Positions 1 to 9,303 are shown, counted from the first letter of the stretch. The stretch: DNA of 64,000 nt from Gemmatimonadota bacterium (GCA_015664885.1 DQPL01000123.1:27206-91205); one strand, 5' to 3'. The notes: a model not told the origin generated them from the sequence alone. Numbers and translations are program-made.

Positions 1-33
1 CGCTTCCGTGGCCAAGGGGGCCGGCCGCGGAAA

Positions 34-672
34 CTAATTGCCACCCGCCGGCCTATGAAACACCGCCACCATGAACTGCGGTCCGGCCGGGAAGTTCTGG
101 CCGTGCAGCGGCACGCGCGCCGCAACCTCCAGGAGAAACGAGGGCGTGATCTGGTAGTTGACCGTTGGCTGCAGATACACGATCTCGCGCTCGTCGTTGC
201 TCACATTCACGCCTTGAATGGAGCCGTTCGAGCCCGCGATGGCGTCGAGCACGATCTTTCCACCGAGCGGCCCCACGAGCGTGCCCCCTAGCTCCGCGAA
301 CAGCAGCCCAGAGACGCCGAGCTCCAGAAGATTCCCATCCACGAATGGATCGAAGACGAGGCCCAAGCCCGTGAGCGGGCAGAAGGTAACCGAGATCCAG
401 GTGTCTCCGATGCGGTCGTTTACGATCTCGTGATACCAGAGGATATTGTGCGGATAGGCGCGAGCCTCGCCGTTGACCACGACGCCCAGCACTCGATCGA
501 AGTCGAAGAGGTACTCAGCTCCCTCCGCCCCGACAGAAACCATGTTCGGAAGTGTCAACGCGGGTATGGCATCCGCGGGAAGACCCGCGATCAGAAGGTC
601 TGGGTCGAGGGCACAGAGATCATCATCCCCAAAGATCAGCGGGCTGCTCCTCTCCACAACCGGCGACCGCAA
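34..672 (-). CDS. DUF3179-like exported protein (body of a probably frameshifted gene)
   Basis: The ORF contains 'GEARAYPHNILWYHEIVNDRIGDTWISVTFCPLTG...LGVSGLL', typical of the DUF3179 core. The listed start is TTG 672. A lipobox signal peptide is encoded from ATG 718 in another frame. The C-terminal ~90 aa look like beta-barrel strands rather than DUF3179. Confidence 0.5.
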   Translation of the reverse strand: MRSPVVERSSPLIFGDDDLCALDPDLLIAGLPADAIPALTLPNMVSVGAEGAEYLFDFDRVLGVVVNGEARAYPHNILWYHEIVNDRIGDTWISVTFCPLTGLGLVFDPFVDGNLLELGVSGLLFAELGGTLVGPLGGKIVLDAIAGSNGSIQGVNVSNDEREIVYLQPTVNYQITPSFLLEVAARVPLHGQNFPAGPQFMVAVFHRPAGGN

Positions 673-861
673 GAGCCGCGCTAAGCACCGCCAGACGCCT
701 TAGTCCGCGTGTCTTCATCATCCTCCCACCTGGTGGCATGTCCGTGCCCGCCGACCTAACCCGGTCGAGGCCGGAAGGGTTTCCCGCAAACGTGCGATGG
801 GAAGCCTATCGGCTGTCATCCCGATGCGGTCCTCGGTAGTTTCCCGCCGGATTCACAACAC

Positions 862-1905
862 ATGAGCAGCATGAAGACTACAGACTCCATCGCGCGCGAA
901 CGCGCCGCAAGATATCCAGCGACGGCGGGCGCAGTGAGCCCGGTGGATCTACACGAAGGGGTGCGAAATCCGGGAATGCCGCTGGAGCTGGACTGGATCC
1001 GCGAGATTCGCGTGAATCGCAGCGCAGTCGAACGTCGCGCGGCCACGCTGGGCACACGCCGCAGCGTGAAGAAGGAGTGGCAGGCGGCATGGCTGCTCAA
1101 AGCGATCACGCTGATCGACCTGACGACGCTCGCGGGCGACGACACGCCCGGCCGAGTTCGTCGGCTCTGCGCGAAAGCGCGTCAGCCGGTGCGCCGCGAC
1201 CTGCTTCAGGCGCTCGGCATGGGCGACGAGTCGGTGCGCGCGGGCGCGGTGTGTGTCTACCACGCTATGGTGCCGACCGCGGTGGAGGCGCTCGCCGGCA
1301 GTGACATTCCGGTCGCCGCAGTGTCCACCGGCTTTCCGCACGGGCTGAACCCGCTGCCGCAGCGCATCGCCGAGATCGAGGCGTCGGTAGCAGCCGGCGC
1401 AAAGGAGATCGACATCGTCGTGACTCGGGGGCACGTGCTCACCGGGAACTGGCAGGCGCTGTACGACGAAGTGCGGGCCTTCCGGGACGCGTGCGGCGAG
1501 GCCCACATCAAGACGATCCTCGCGACGGGCGAACTCGCCATGCTGCGCAACGTACACAAAGCGAGCCTCGTCTGCATGATGGCGGGCGCGGACTTCGTAA
1601 AGACGTCCACCGGAAAAGAGAGCGTAAACGCGACGCTGCCCGTGGGCCTGACGATGGCACGCGCGGTCCGCGCCTACGCTGAGCGCACGGGTTACGCGAT
1701 CGGCTTCAAGCCCGCAGGCGGAATCAGAACCGCCAAGGACGCACTCACCTGGCTGATCCTGATGAAAGAAGAGCTCGGCACCGGGTGGATGCAGCCCAAC
1801 CTTTTCCGCTTCGGCGTTTCCTCGCTGCTGGCGGACATCGAACGACAACTCGAACACCACGTAACCGGGCGCTATTCCGCGCCGCACCGGCACCCGCTCG
1901 CATGA
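862..1905 (+). CDS. deoC: deoxyribose-phosphate aldolase, long form
   Basis: Motifs 'LIDLTTLAGDDT', 'EIDIVV', 'VKTSTGK' (Schiff-base Lys region) and 'FKPAGGIR'. ATG at 862. Confidence 0.9.
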   Translation: MSSMKTTDSIARERAARYPATAGAVSPVDLHEGVRNPGMPLELDWIREIRVNRSAVERRAATLGTRRSVKKEWQAAWLLKAITLIDLTTLAGDDTPGRVRRLCAKARQPVRRDLLQALGMGDESVRAGAVCVYHAMVPTAVEALAGSDIPVAAVSTGFPHGLNPLPQRIAEIEASVAAGAKEIDIVVTRGHVLTGNWQALYDEVRAFRDACGEAHIKTILATGELAMLRNVHKASLVCMMAGADFVKTSTGKESVNATLPVGLTMARAVRAYAERTGYAIGFKPAGGIRTAKDALTWLILMKEELGTGWMQPNLFRFGVSSLLADIERQLEHHVTGRYSAPHRHPLA

Positions 1906-4289
1906 GCAAGGTCGCCGAAGTCTTCGAGACGCTCGAATACGGTCCGGCCCCGGAAAGCGCCCAGTTCGCCAACGAGTGGCTCGATAAACACGGTCGAGCC
2001 TTCGGGCACTTCATCGGGGGCAACTGGACCGACCCTGCTGTGGGTGTGTCGTTCGAGACGGCGAACCCGGCGACAGCCGAGCCCATCGCCAAGATCTGCC
2101 AAGGTACTGTCGAGCACGTCGAAGCGGCCGTGGCCGCCGCGCGCGTGGCCCAACCCGGCTGGTGGGATCTCGGGTCGCATGCACGCGCTCGCTACCTGTA
2201 CGCGATCGCCCGCAAGATCCAGAAGCACGCCCGGCTGCTGGCTGTGCTCGAGAGCATGGACAACGGAAAGCCGATCCGGGAGTCGCGCGACCTCGATATT
2301 CCGCTGGTCGCGCGGCACTTCTACCACCACGCTGGATGGGCACAGTTGATGGAGGACGAGCTACCCGACTACGAGCCCCTGGGTGTCGTCGGTCAGATCA
2401 TTCCGTGGAATTTTCCGCTGCTGATGCTCTCCTGGAAGATCGCTCCCGCGCTGGCAACGGGTAACACGCTTGTGCTCAAGCCAGCGGAGTTCACGTCGCT
2501 CACCGCGCTGCTCTTCGCCGAACTGTGCCAAGAGGTGGGGCTACCCGACGGTGTCGTGAACATCGTCACCGGCGACGGTGAGACTGGAGCGGCTCTGGTC
2601 GATCACCCCGACATCGACAAGATCGCTTTCACGGGTTCGACCGACGTGGGGCGCATCATCCGGGAGGCGACCGCTGGAAGCGGAAAGCGGATATCACTCG
2701 AGCTGGGCGGCAAGTCCCCGTTCGTGATTTTCGAGGATGCCGACCTCGACTCGGTCGTGGAGGGCGTCGTCGACGCCATCTGGTTCAATCAGGGTCAGGT
2801 ATGCTGCGCTGGTTCACGCATCCTCGTTCAAGAAGGTTTGGCGGAGGCGCTGGAGCGGAAGCTGCGCGCGCGCATGGAGACCCTGCGCATGGGCGACCCT
2901 CTCGACAAGACCGTCGATATGGGCGCAATCGTGGCTCCGGTACAGCTCGAGAGGATCGAGAGCCTCGTCGAGCAAGGTCGCTCGGAGGGTGCGGAAGTGT
3001 GGCAGCCGTCTTGGAGCGCTCCGCGTGAGGGCTGGTTCTACCCGCCGACGCTATGTACGAACGTGGCTCCGTCGGGCACGCTGGCGCAGATCGAGGTGTT
3101 CGGCCCCGTGGTCGTGATGATGACGTTTCGCACGCCCTCCGAGGCGGTCGCGCTCGCTAACGACAGCCGCTACGGGCTCGCGGCGTCCATCTGGTCCGAG
3201 AACATCAACCTCGCGCTGGACGTCGCACCCAAGATCAAGGCCGGGACGGTTTGGGTGAACTGCACCAACCTGTTCGACGCGGCCTCGGGCTTCGGCGGCT
3301 ACCGCGAAAGCGGGTATGGCCGAGAAGGCGGTGAAGAAGGACTGCTCGACTACGTGCGGCTCGCGTGGGAGCACGGCGCCCCGCTCGCACAGGAGCCGAC
3401 CGCGAACGCCCACCAGGAGCAGGCTCCGAGCGACGGCACACCGGCCATCGACCGTACCGCCAAGTTGTACATCGGTGGCAAGCAGAGCCGGCCAGACGGG
3501 AACTACAGCTTGCCCGTGTACGCGGCAGATGGCTCCTCCATGGGCGACGTCGGCCGCGGCAACCGCAAAGACGTTCGCAACGCGGTCGAGGCAGCACGCA
3601 AAGCGCAAGCCGGGTGGGCCGCCCGCTCCGCGCACAATCGCGCGCAGATCCTCTACTACTTTGCGGAGAACCTAGAAGCGCGCCGCGATGAGCTGACCGG
3701 CCGCTTGGCGGCGCTCTCAGGAGACGCCGAGGGTGCGAGCACGGAATTCGACACCACCATCGACAGGATCTTCACCTACGCTGCGTGGGCGGACAAATGG
3801 GAAGGTCGTGTCCACAACACCCCCTTCCGGAACGTCACGCTCGCGATGAAGGAGCCGATCGGGGTCATGGGTGCCGTCTGCCCGCAGGCGCATCCGCTGC
3901 TGGGCTTCGTCTCGTGTGTCGCACCGCTCATCGCGGTCGGCAACGCGGTCGTCGCGGTTCCTTCGGGGGTCGGACCGCTGCTCGCCACCGACCTATATCA
4001 AATCCTGGACACTTCGGACGTTCCCGGAGGTGTGGTGAACATCGTGACCGGTCTGAGGTCCGAGATCGTGCCCACCCTGGCGAGCCACGACGACGTGGAC
4101 GGCATCTGGCACTTCGGCGGCGCCGAGGACGCGCGTCGCACGGAGAGCGCATCCACCGGCAACATGAAGCGCACGTGGGTCAGCTACGGAAGAGCGCGTG
4201 ACTGGTTCGACCACGAGCAGGGTCAGGGGCAGGAGTTCCTGCGCGAGGCGACGCAAGTCAAGAACATCTGGGTGCCCTACGGGGAGTAA
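1902..4289 (+). CDS. aldehyde dehydrogenase fused to a second, truncated ALDH-like module
   Basis: ATG 1902 overlaps the deoC TGA as ATGA. Module 1 has 'IIPWNFPL', 'LELGGKSP' and 'QGQVCCAGSR'. Module 2 (from ~3450) keeps the ALDH N-terminal and NAD-domain motifs ('NIVTG') but ends before the catalytic Cys domain. Confidence 0.85.
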   Translation: MSKVAEVFETLEYGPAPESAQFANEWLDKHGRAFGHFIGGNWTDPAVGVSFETANPATAEPIAKICQGTVEHVEAAVAAARVAQPGWWDLGSHARARYLYAIARKIQKHARLLAVLESMDNGKPIRESRDLDIPLVARHFYHHAGWAQLMEDELPDYEPLGVVGQIIPWNFPLLMLSWKIAPALATGNTLVLKPAEFTSLTALLFAELCQEVGLPDGVVNIVTGDGETGAALVDHPDIDKIAFTGSTDVGRIIREATAGSGKRISLELGGKSPFVIFEDADLDSVVEGVVDAIWFNQGQVCCAGSRILVQEGLAEALERKLRARMETLRMGDPLDKTVDMGAIVAPVQLERIESLVEQGRSEGAEVWQPSWSAPREGWFYPPTLCTNVAPSGTLAQIEVFGPVVVMMTFRTPSEAVALANDSRYGLAASIWSENINLALDVAPKIKAGTVWVNCTNLFDAASGFGGYRESGYGREGGEEGLLDYVRLAWEHGAPLAQEPTANAHQEQAPSDGTPAIDRTAKLYIGGKQSRPDGNYSLPVYAADGSSMGDVGRGNRKDVRNAVEAARKAQAGWAARSAHNRAQILYYFAENLEARRDELTGRLAALSGDAEGASTEFDTTIDRIFTYAAWADKWEGRVHNTPFRNVTLAMKEPIGVMGAVCPQAHPLLGFVSCVAPLIAVGNAVVAVPSGVGPLLATDLYQILDTSDVPGGVVNIVTGLRSEIVPTLASHDDVDGIWHFGGAEDARRTESASTGNMKRTWVSYGRARDWFDHEQGQGQEFLREATQVKNIWVPYGE

Positions 4290-4303
4290 TGGCGCCCCCT
4301 CCC

Positions 4304-4679
4304 TCAGCGCCTGCGCGTCAAGAAAGTATTCCTCGGGTTTCTTTCAATCGTCAGCTCCAACCGGTCTCCCGGAGCTGCGTTGACCGGATTGGTCTCGTAC
4401 TCGTCACCCGCCAAGACTTCGATGCGAATCCGAATCTCGTCCAGTCCCGCCAGTCCAGGGTGAACGTGCGTTGGGACGAGCCGCCTATGCGGCCCAGCGG
4501 CTGAGGACCCCGATTGGTGAGCGCGGGCAGCGTCATGTCGCTGAAGTTCTGGTTGTCGACGTAGATCTGGATCGACGTCGGGCCTCCCCGACCCCTCGCA
4601 AACGACTGGAGGACCTACCGCCGCACGCGCTGAGCGCCATGACGAGGAGCATAAGGACGGTAACCGCACCACGGTTCAT
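4304..4679 (-). pseudogene. small lipoprotein gene split over three reading frames
   Basis: ATG 4679 overlaps the upstream TGA as ATGA and encodes MNRGAVTVLMLLVMALSACGG (lipobox), then stops at 4533. Protein-like GC3-rich sequence continues in a second frame ('IQIYVDNQNFSDMTLPALTNRGPQPLGRIGGSSQRTFTLDW') and a third frame ('LDEIRIRIEVLAGDEYETNPVNAAPGDRLELTIERN', stop at 4304). Confidence 0.5.
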
Positions 4680-7600
4680 GTGATCAGCCGCTCGGCATCG
4701 ATCGGCTCGAGTCCGAGCTGCCGCAGCAACTCATTGAGACGCGCCAGATCCTGCTGGAAGATCAACGTCATCTGCTCCAGCTCCAGCTCGAGCGCGCTCG
4801 AAAGCACTTCGAAGACCTCATAGGACTGGTCGGTGGGCCGGCTCTCGGGACCCTGAACGAGGTTCTGCAGAGCGGCGATCTTGTTGTTGAGCTTGATGGG
4901 GTAGTTCAGCGGGTCCTGGTTTGAGCGGTTGCGAACCTGATAGATCTCGCCTTCGACCTCGCCCAAGCGCTCGTTCACGGTCGCGCCGAGTGACGCCAAC
5001 TCGGTGTTGTCGTTTTCCTCCAGGCGTTCATCCACCTGGCCCTTGATGGAGCGGATGCGCAGAACGGCTTCGTGCGCCTCGGTGACGCGATCCCGGATCC
5101 GGACGGTGAGGTCGAAGCGCTCCTGCAGGTCCGCGAGCGTCACCCCCTCCGCTGATGCGCGGGGATTCATCCTGATCTCGAAGTCCTGTGTCTGGGTCTC
5201 GCCATCCACCGTGAGGCGCACCTGATAGCGACCCGGTACCACCGCTGGACCCTGGTTGCCCGCGGCCCAGAAAATTCGACCCTCGAAGTCGGTCCAACCC
5301 TCGAGGCGCATGTTCCAACGGAAGCGGTTCGACCCCTCCGACCTGGAGGGGCGCGCGGCACCGCCTCCAGAGCCACCAAAACCTCCGCCGCCTGGGGACG
5401 CATCGTCTTCCTCCGCGTCGGCTGAGTCGGCCGCGGGCAGCGACATGTGGGAGCTCAACACGTTCCCGTTCGCGTCAGCGAACTCGACCAGCACTTGCCC
5501 CGCCTCCGATGGTAGGTAATAAAAGACATCCGCGGTGTTGTCGAAGCGGCGCACCGGATCACGCGGCTCGAACAACCAGAAGTCGGACGTCTCCACTCCA
5601 GGGTTCATCTGGCGCAAGACGTCGATGTCGCGCATCACCCAGAAGGCTCGCCCGTGCGTGGAGATCACCAGGTCGTGGTCCTCGACCACCAGGTCGGAGA
5701 CCTGAACGACCGGCAAATTCATCGTCAGCGTCTGCCAGTTCGCGCCATCGTCCCACGAGATGTAGACCGTGCGCTCCGAAGCCGCGTACAGCAGGCCGGG
5801 CCGCTCGGGATCTTCACGCACCGCACGGATGAAATCGTCCGCGGGTATGCCGTTCACGATCTTGGTCCAGCTCTGACCGTAGTCCTCGGTCTTCCAGACG
5901 TATGGGCTGCGGTCATTGTCCACGAGGTAGCGGATGCCCGCGACGTACGCCTTGCCCGGCGTGATCGGTGACGCCTCGATGGTGTTGATGCGCACGAAGT
6001 CGGGGGCATCAGGCGGCGTGACGTTGGCCCAAGATGGTGAGGCCGCACGCGCATCCCTGGTGATGTGCAAGTAGCCGTCGTCGGAGCCCACCCAGATCAC
6101 GTTGGGATCGTGGGGCGAAGGCGAGATGGCGAAGACCGTCGCGTATGTCTCCACGCCCGTCTGATCCCTCGTGATCGGCCCACCCGATGGTCCTACCGTG
6201 CTGGCATCGTTTCTGGTCAGGTCCGGGCTTATCTGCTGCCAGCTTTGACCCTCGGTCGTGGTGCGCCACACCTTGTGCGTCCCTGTGTAGAGGATGCCCG
6301 AGTCGTGCTTGTCGAAGACGATGGGATAGGTCCACTGCACCCGTTCGCGAATATCCTCCGCCGACTCCCCCATCGGATTCTCCGGCCAGACGTTGACCGC
6401 TCGGGAGAAACCGGTGCCGTGGTCATAGCGTGAGAGCGAGCCTCCGTAGCATCCCGCGTAGAACACGTCGAGATCCTCTGGATGCGGGGCGATGTACCCG
6501 CTCTCGCAGCCGCCGACCGAGTAGAAGTGGCCGCCACCGCCGAAGCCACCGGCCGCGGACAGGTGATTCCAGCCACTCGACGGTGTGCACGCGGTCGAGT
6601 TGTCCTGCTGCGCGCCACAGATGTGATACGGCTCGTGATTTGTCGTGATTACCCGGTAGAACTGAGCGGTCGGGTACTCCTGGTCGGTCCAAGTCTCGCC
6701 GCCGTTGACCGAGACGTTCCCGCCACCGTCGTTGGAATTGATCATGCGATCGGGGTCCGTCGCAGAGATCCACAAGTCGTGGTTGTCACCGTGCGGCACA
6801 TTGATCGCGGCCGGAAACGTCTCTCCGCCATCGTTCGACCTGTAGAGCCCGGTATTGAGCGCGTAGACCACGTCTTCGTCCTGAGGGTCGGCGTAGATAC
6901 GCGTGTAATAGAAGGCGCGCTGGCGGAGCTTGCGTTCGTCGTTCACGCGCTGCCAGCTCTCTCCGGCATCATCCGAACGGAAGACGCCGCCGCCCGGCTC
7001 ATGCTCGACGAGTACCCAGACCCGGTCCGAGTTCGCACCCGATACCGCGACACCCATCTTGCCGATCGGTCCCGCGGGCTCGAGGCCCAGCCGCGACGTA
7101 ATGTCGCGCCAGGTATCGCCGCCGTCGCTCGACTTCCAGAGCCCCGAGTCGTTTCCGCCGGAGCTCATGCCCCAACTCTTCCTCCAGGCCTCCCAGATCG
7201 TCGCGTAAAGGACGTCCGGATTGTTGGGGTCGAGCACGAGATCGGTCGCACCGGCCTTTGCGCTCTTGAAGAGCGACAGGTCCCAACTCTCGCCGCCGTC
7301 CGTTGTCTTGAAGACTCCACGTTCGGAGTTATCTGCTGAGTGCACGCCGAAAGCCGCCGCCCAGGCTACGTCGCAGTCCTCTGGATGGATGCGGATGCGA
7401 CTGATGTTCTGCGTCTCGCGCAGCCCGATATGCTGCCAAGTCGTGCCGCCGTCGGTCGACTTGTAGGCGCCGTCGCCCTGCATGATGTTGCCGCGGATCT
7501 GCGTCTCGCCGGTGCCGATGTACACGACGTCTGGATCCGCCTCGCACACGGCGACGGCGCCCACCGACGAGCTCGTGATCTTGCCGTCGGTCATCACGCT

Positions 7601-7852
7601 CCAGTTGCTACCGCCGTCGGTCGTCTTCCACAGCCCGCCGCCCGTCGCTCCGAAGTAGAACTCCAGGGGGCGCGCGTCGCTGCCCGCGACCGCAGTGGAA
7701 CGACCACCGCGGCTGGGCCCGACGTTTTGCCAACGCAGAGCGTCGTAGACGACCTCGTTGTACGACTGCGCCCGAGTAGGTGCGGGAGCGAGCGTAAGCA
7801 TGAGAGCCAGCGAGAGCGCGGTCTGTACGAGGGTTCGAAGGGCTATCCGCAT
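4676..7852 (-). CDS. exported BNR/Asp-box repeat protein (VPS10/sortilin-like, GH74-like double beta-propeller)
   Basis: Signal peptide 'MRIALRTLVQTALSLALMLTLAPAPTRAQ'. Repeated Asp-boxes: 'KTTDGGSNW', 'KSTDGGTTW', 'KTTDGGESW', 'KSSDGGDTW', 'RSDDAGESW', 'RSNDGGETF'. Confidence 0.8.
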   Translation of the reverse strand: MRIALRTLVQTALSLALMLTLAPAPTRAQSYNEVVYDALRWQNVGPSRGGRSTAVAGSDARPLEFYFGATGGGLWKTTDGGSNWSVMTDGKITSSSVGAVAVCEADPDVVYIGTGETQIRGNIMQGDGAYKSTDGGTTWQHIGLRETQNISRIRIHPEDCDVAWAAAFGVHSADNSERGVFKTTDGGESWDLSLFKSAKAGATDLVLDPNNPDVLYATIWEAWRKSWGMSSGGNDSGLWKSSDGGDTWRDITSRLGLEPAGPIGKMGVAVSGANSDRVWVLVEHEPGGGVFRSDDAGESWQRVNDERKLRQRAFYYTRIYADPQDEDVVYALNTGLYRSNDGGETFPAAINVPHGDNHDLWISATDPDRMINSNDGGGNVSVNGGETWTDQEYPTAQFYRVITTNHEPYHICGAQQDNSTACTPSSGWNHLSAAGGFGGGGHFYSVGGCESGYIAPHPEDLDVFYAGCYGGSLSRYDHGTGFSRAVNVWPENPMGESAEDIRERVQWTYPIVFDKHDSGILYTGTHKVWRTTTEGQSWQQISPDLTRNDASTVGPSGGPITRDQTGVETYATVFAISPSPHDPNVIWVGSDDGYLHITRDARAASPSWANVTPPDAPDFVRINTIEASPITPGKAYVAGIRYLVDNDRSPYVWKTEDYGQSWTKIVNGIPADDFIRAVREDPERPGLLYAASERTVYISWDDGANWQTLTMNLPVVQVSDLVVEDHDLVISTHGRAFWVMRDIDVLRQMNPGVETSDFWLFEPRDPVRRFDNTADVFYYLPSEAGQVLVEFADANGNVLSSHMSLPAADSADAEEDDASPGGGGFGGSGGGAARPSRSEGSNRFRWNMRLEGWTDFEGRIFWAAGNQGPAVVPGRYQVRLTVDGETQTQDFEIRMNPRASAEGVTLADLQERFDLTVRIRDRVTEAHEAVLRIRSIKGQVDERLEENDNTELASLGATVNERLGEVEGEIYQVRNRSNQDPLNYPIKLNNKIAALQNLVQGPESRPTDQSYEVFEVLSSALELELEQMTLIFQQDLARLNELLRQLGLEPIDAERLIT

Positions 7853-7897
7853 CGGAGTACGTGCCTCTATGGGCTTTGGGGGAAAGGAATCTCTAAC

Positions 7898-8287
7898 CTA
7901 CTCTTCTACACGCGCGACGCACTCGATCTCGACGTCACAGAACTTGGGGAGCGCCGCCGCCTGCACCGCGGCACGAGCCGGCCGGTGGTCGCCGAAGTGC
8001 CGCGCGTAGACCTCGTTCATCTCCGCGAACGTGTTCATATCGGAGAGGAACACTGTGGTCTTCACCACGCTTTGCAGCGACGATCCGGCGGCCTGGAGCA
8101 CGTGCGTGAGGTTCTGGAGGCAGAGATCGGTCTGAGCGGCGACGTCACCCGTGATGAGTTCGCCCGACGCAGCATCCATCGGAATCTGACCGGAGCAGAA
8201 CACCCATCCGTCGCTGACGATCGCCTGGGAATACGGACCGATCGCAGCCGGAGCCTGGTCGGTGTGGACGCGCTTGAGCTCGCTCAT
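7898..8287 (-). CDS. ridA: RidA/YjgF family reactive enamine/imine deaminase
   Basis: Contains 'APAAIGPYSQA', 'SGQIP' and 'VKTTVFL...F..N.VY', ending 'VEIECVA'. 129 aa. Confidence 0.9.
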   Translation of the reverse strand: MSELKRVHTDQAPAAIGPYSQAIVSDGWVFCSGQIPMDAASGELITGDVAAQTDLCLQNLTHVLQAAGSSLQSVVKTTVFLSDMNTFAEMNEVYARHFGDHRPARAAVQAAALPKFCDVEIECVARVEE

Positions 8288-8319
8288 GTGGGGGTGCTCC
8301 CTGGTGTTGGTATGTGGCT

Positions 8320-9303
8320 CTATCGGGCGCCGTGGTGAGCGACGTGTGCACGCAACTCATCGGGTGACACCGTCGCCACGCCGGCCTTTCCGACTTCGAT
8401 CGCGGCGGCGTGGTTGGCGAGGATCGCGGCTTCCGTGGGGGTGCCGCCAGCCGCGAGCACGACCGCGGCGACCCCCGTGACAGTATCCCCGGCGCCCGAC
8501 ACGTCGTACACGCCGCGCGCCGCGGTCGGAATCCTCACGGCCGTGCCCTGCTCGGTCTGCAATGCCATGCCCTGCTCACCCAGAGTGAGCAGCAGGTTCT
8601 GGCACCCAAGTCTCTGGCGCGTAGCCTCCATCCACTCGGCGTCGTCCGCGTGGATAAAGTCTCCGAGTGCGTCGCCGAGTTCCTTGGCGTTGGGCTTGAA
8701 GACGGTCACGCTCCCATAGGCCGAGAAATTGCGCTGCTTGGGATCGACCACCGTGGGTAGCCCGAGTCGCGCGCCGGCGGCGACCACCGACGAGATGACC
8801 GACGGCGTGAGCACGCCCTTGTTGTAGTCCTGCATGACCAGCACATCGCTCTCGGAGGCGAGCTGCTCGACCTTTTCGGCAAGCGATCGAGCGAGGCCAA
8901 CGCTCACGTCGCGGTCGTCCTCCACGTCGAAGCGCACAATCTGCTGGCGCAGCGCCAGCACGCGTGTCTTCTCGCTGGTTGGGCGCTCATCGGTCCTGAC
9001 GAGGCCGTCGGTACGCACGCCGAGCCGCGAGAGCTCGGCCTCGAGTAGCTCGCCTGCCATGTCGGCTCCGAGGCAAGCCACCACGCGGCACGTGGCTCCA
9101 AGGGCGACGACGTTGGCGGCGACGTTGCCGGCACCCCCGACTGCGGCAGTAGTCGCGGCCACCCGCACCACCGGCACGGGGGCCTCGGGTGATACACGGT
9201 CGACAGGACCTGAGATGTAACGGTCGAGCATCAAGTCGCCGACTACGAGCACGCGCATGCCGGCCGCGGTCTCGAGGATCTCGTCGAGGCGAGCGGGGCT
9301 CAA
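8320..9303 (-). CDS. hldA: D-glycero-beta-D-manno-heptose-7-phosphate kinase-like PfkB kinase (RfaE domain I only)
   Basis: Contains 'VLVVGDLMLDRYISGPVDRVSPEAPVPVV' and 'DVSGAGDTV'. The likely start is TTG 9303, overlapping the upstream TGA as TTGA. An alternative is GTG 9312. The ORF-track start at 9402 lies inside the upstream gene. Confidence 0.75.
   Translation of the reverse strand: MSPARLDEILETAAGMRVLVVGDLMLDRYISGPVDRVSPEAPVPVVRVAATTAAVGGAGNVAANVVALGATCRVVACLGADMAGELLEAELSRLGVRTDGLVRTDERPTSEKTRVLALRQQIVRFDVEDDRDVSVGLARSLAEKVEQLASESDVLVMQDYNKGVLTPSVISSVVAAGARLGLPTVVDPKQRNFSAYGSVTVFKPNAKELGDALGDFIHADDAEWMEATRQRLGCQNLLLTLGEQGMALQTEQGTAVRIPTAARGVYDVSGAGDTVTGVAAVVLAAGGTPTEAAILANHAAAIEVGKAGVATVSPDELRAHVAHHGAR

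Noticed and set aside
1785-1901. Long N-terminal extensions in the ORF track, for example the ALDH from 1785, hldA from 9402, the DSD1-like gene from 10466, mlaD from 16728, fabG from 33724, fabH from 35694, plsX from 36668, ndk from 37953 and the FKBP gene from 63345.
   Set aside because: These extensions overlap the preceding gene out of frame, are Arg/Pro/Gly-rich, and precede obvious canonical N-termini or signal peptides. Internal ATG, GTG or TTG starts at stop-overlap positions fit better.
4441-4470. An imperfect 9-nt tandem repeat on the minus strand ('GGACTGGCG GGACTGGAC') as the cause of the second frameshift in the small lipoprotein gene.
   Set aside because: A 9-nt unit does not change the frame, and the two copies are not identical. 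The actual indel cannot be pinpointed by eye.
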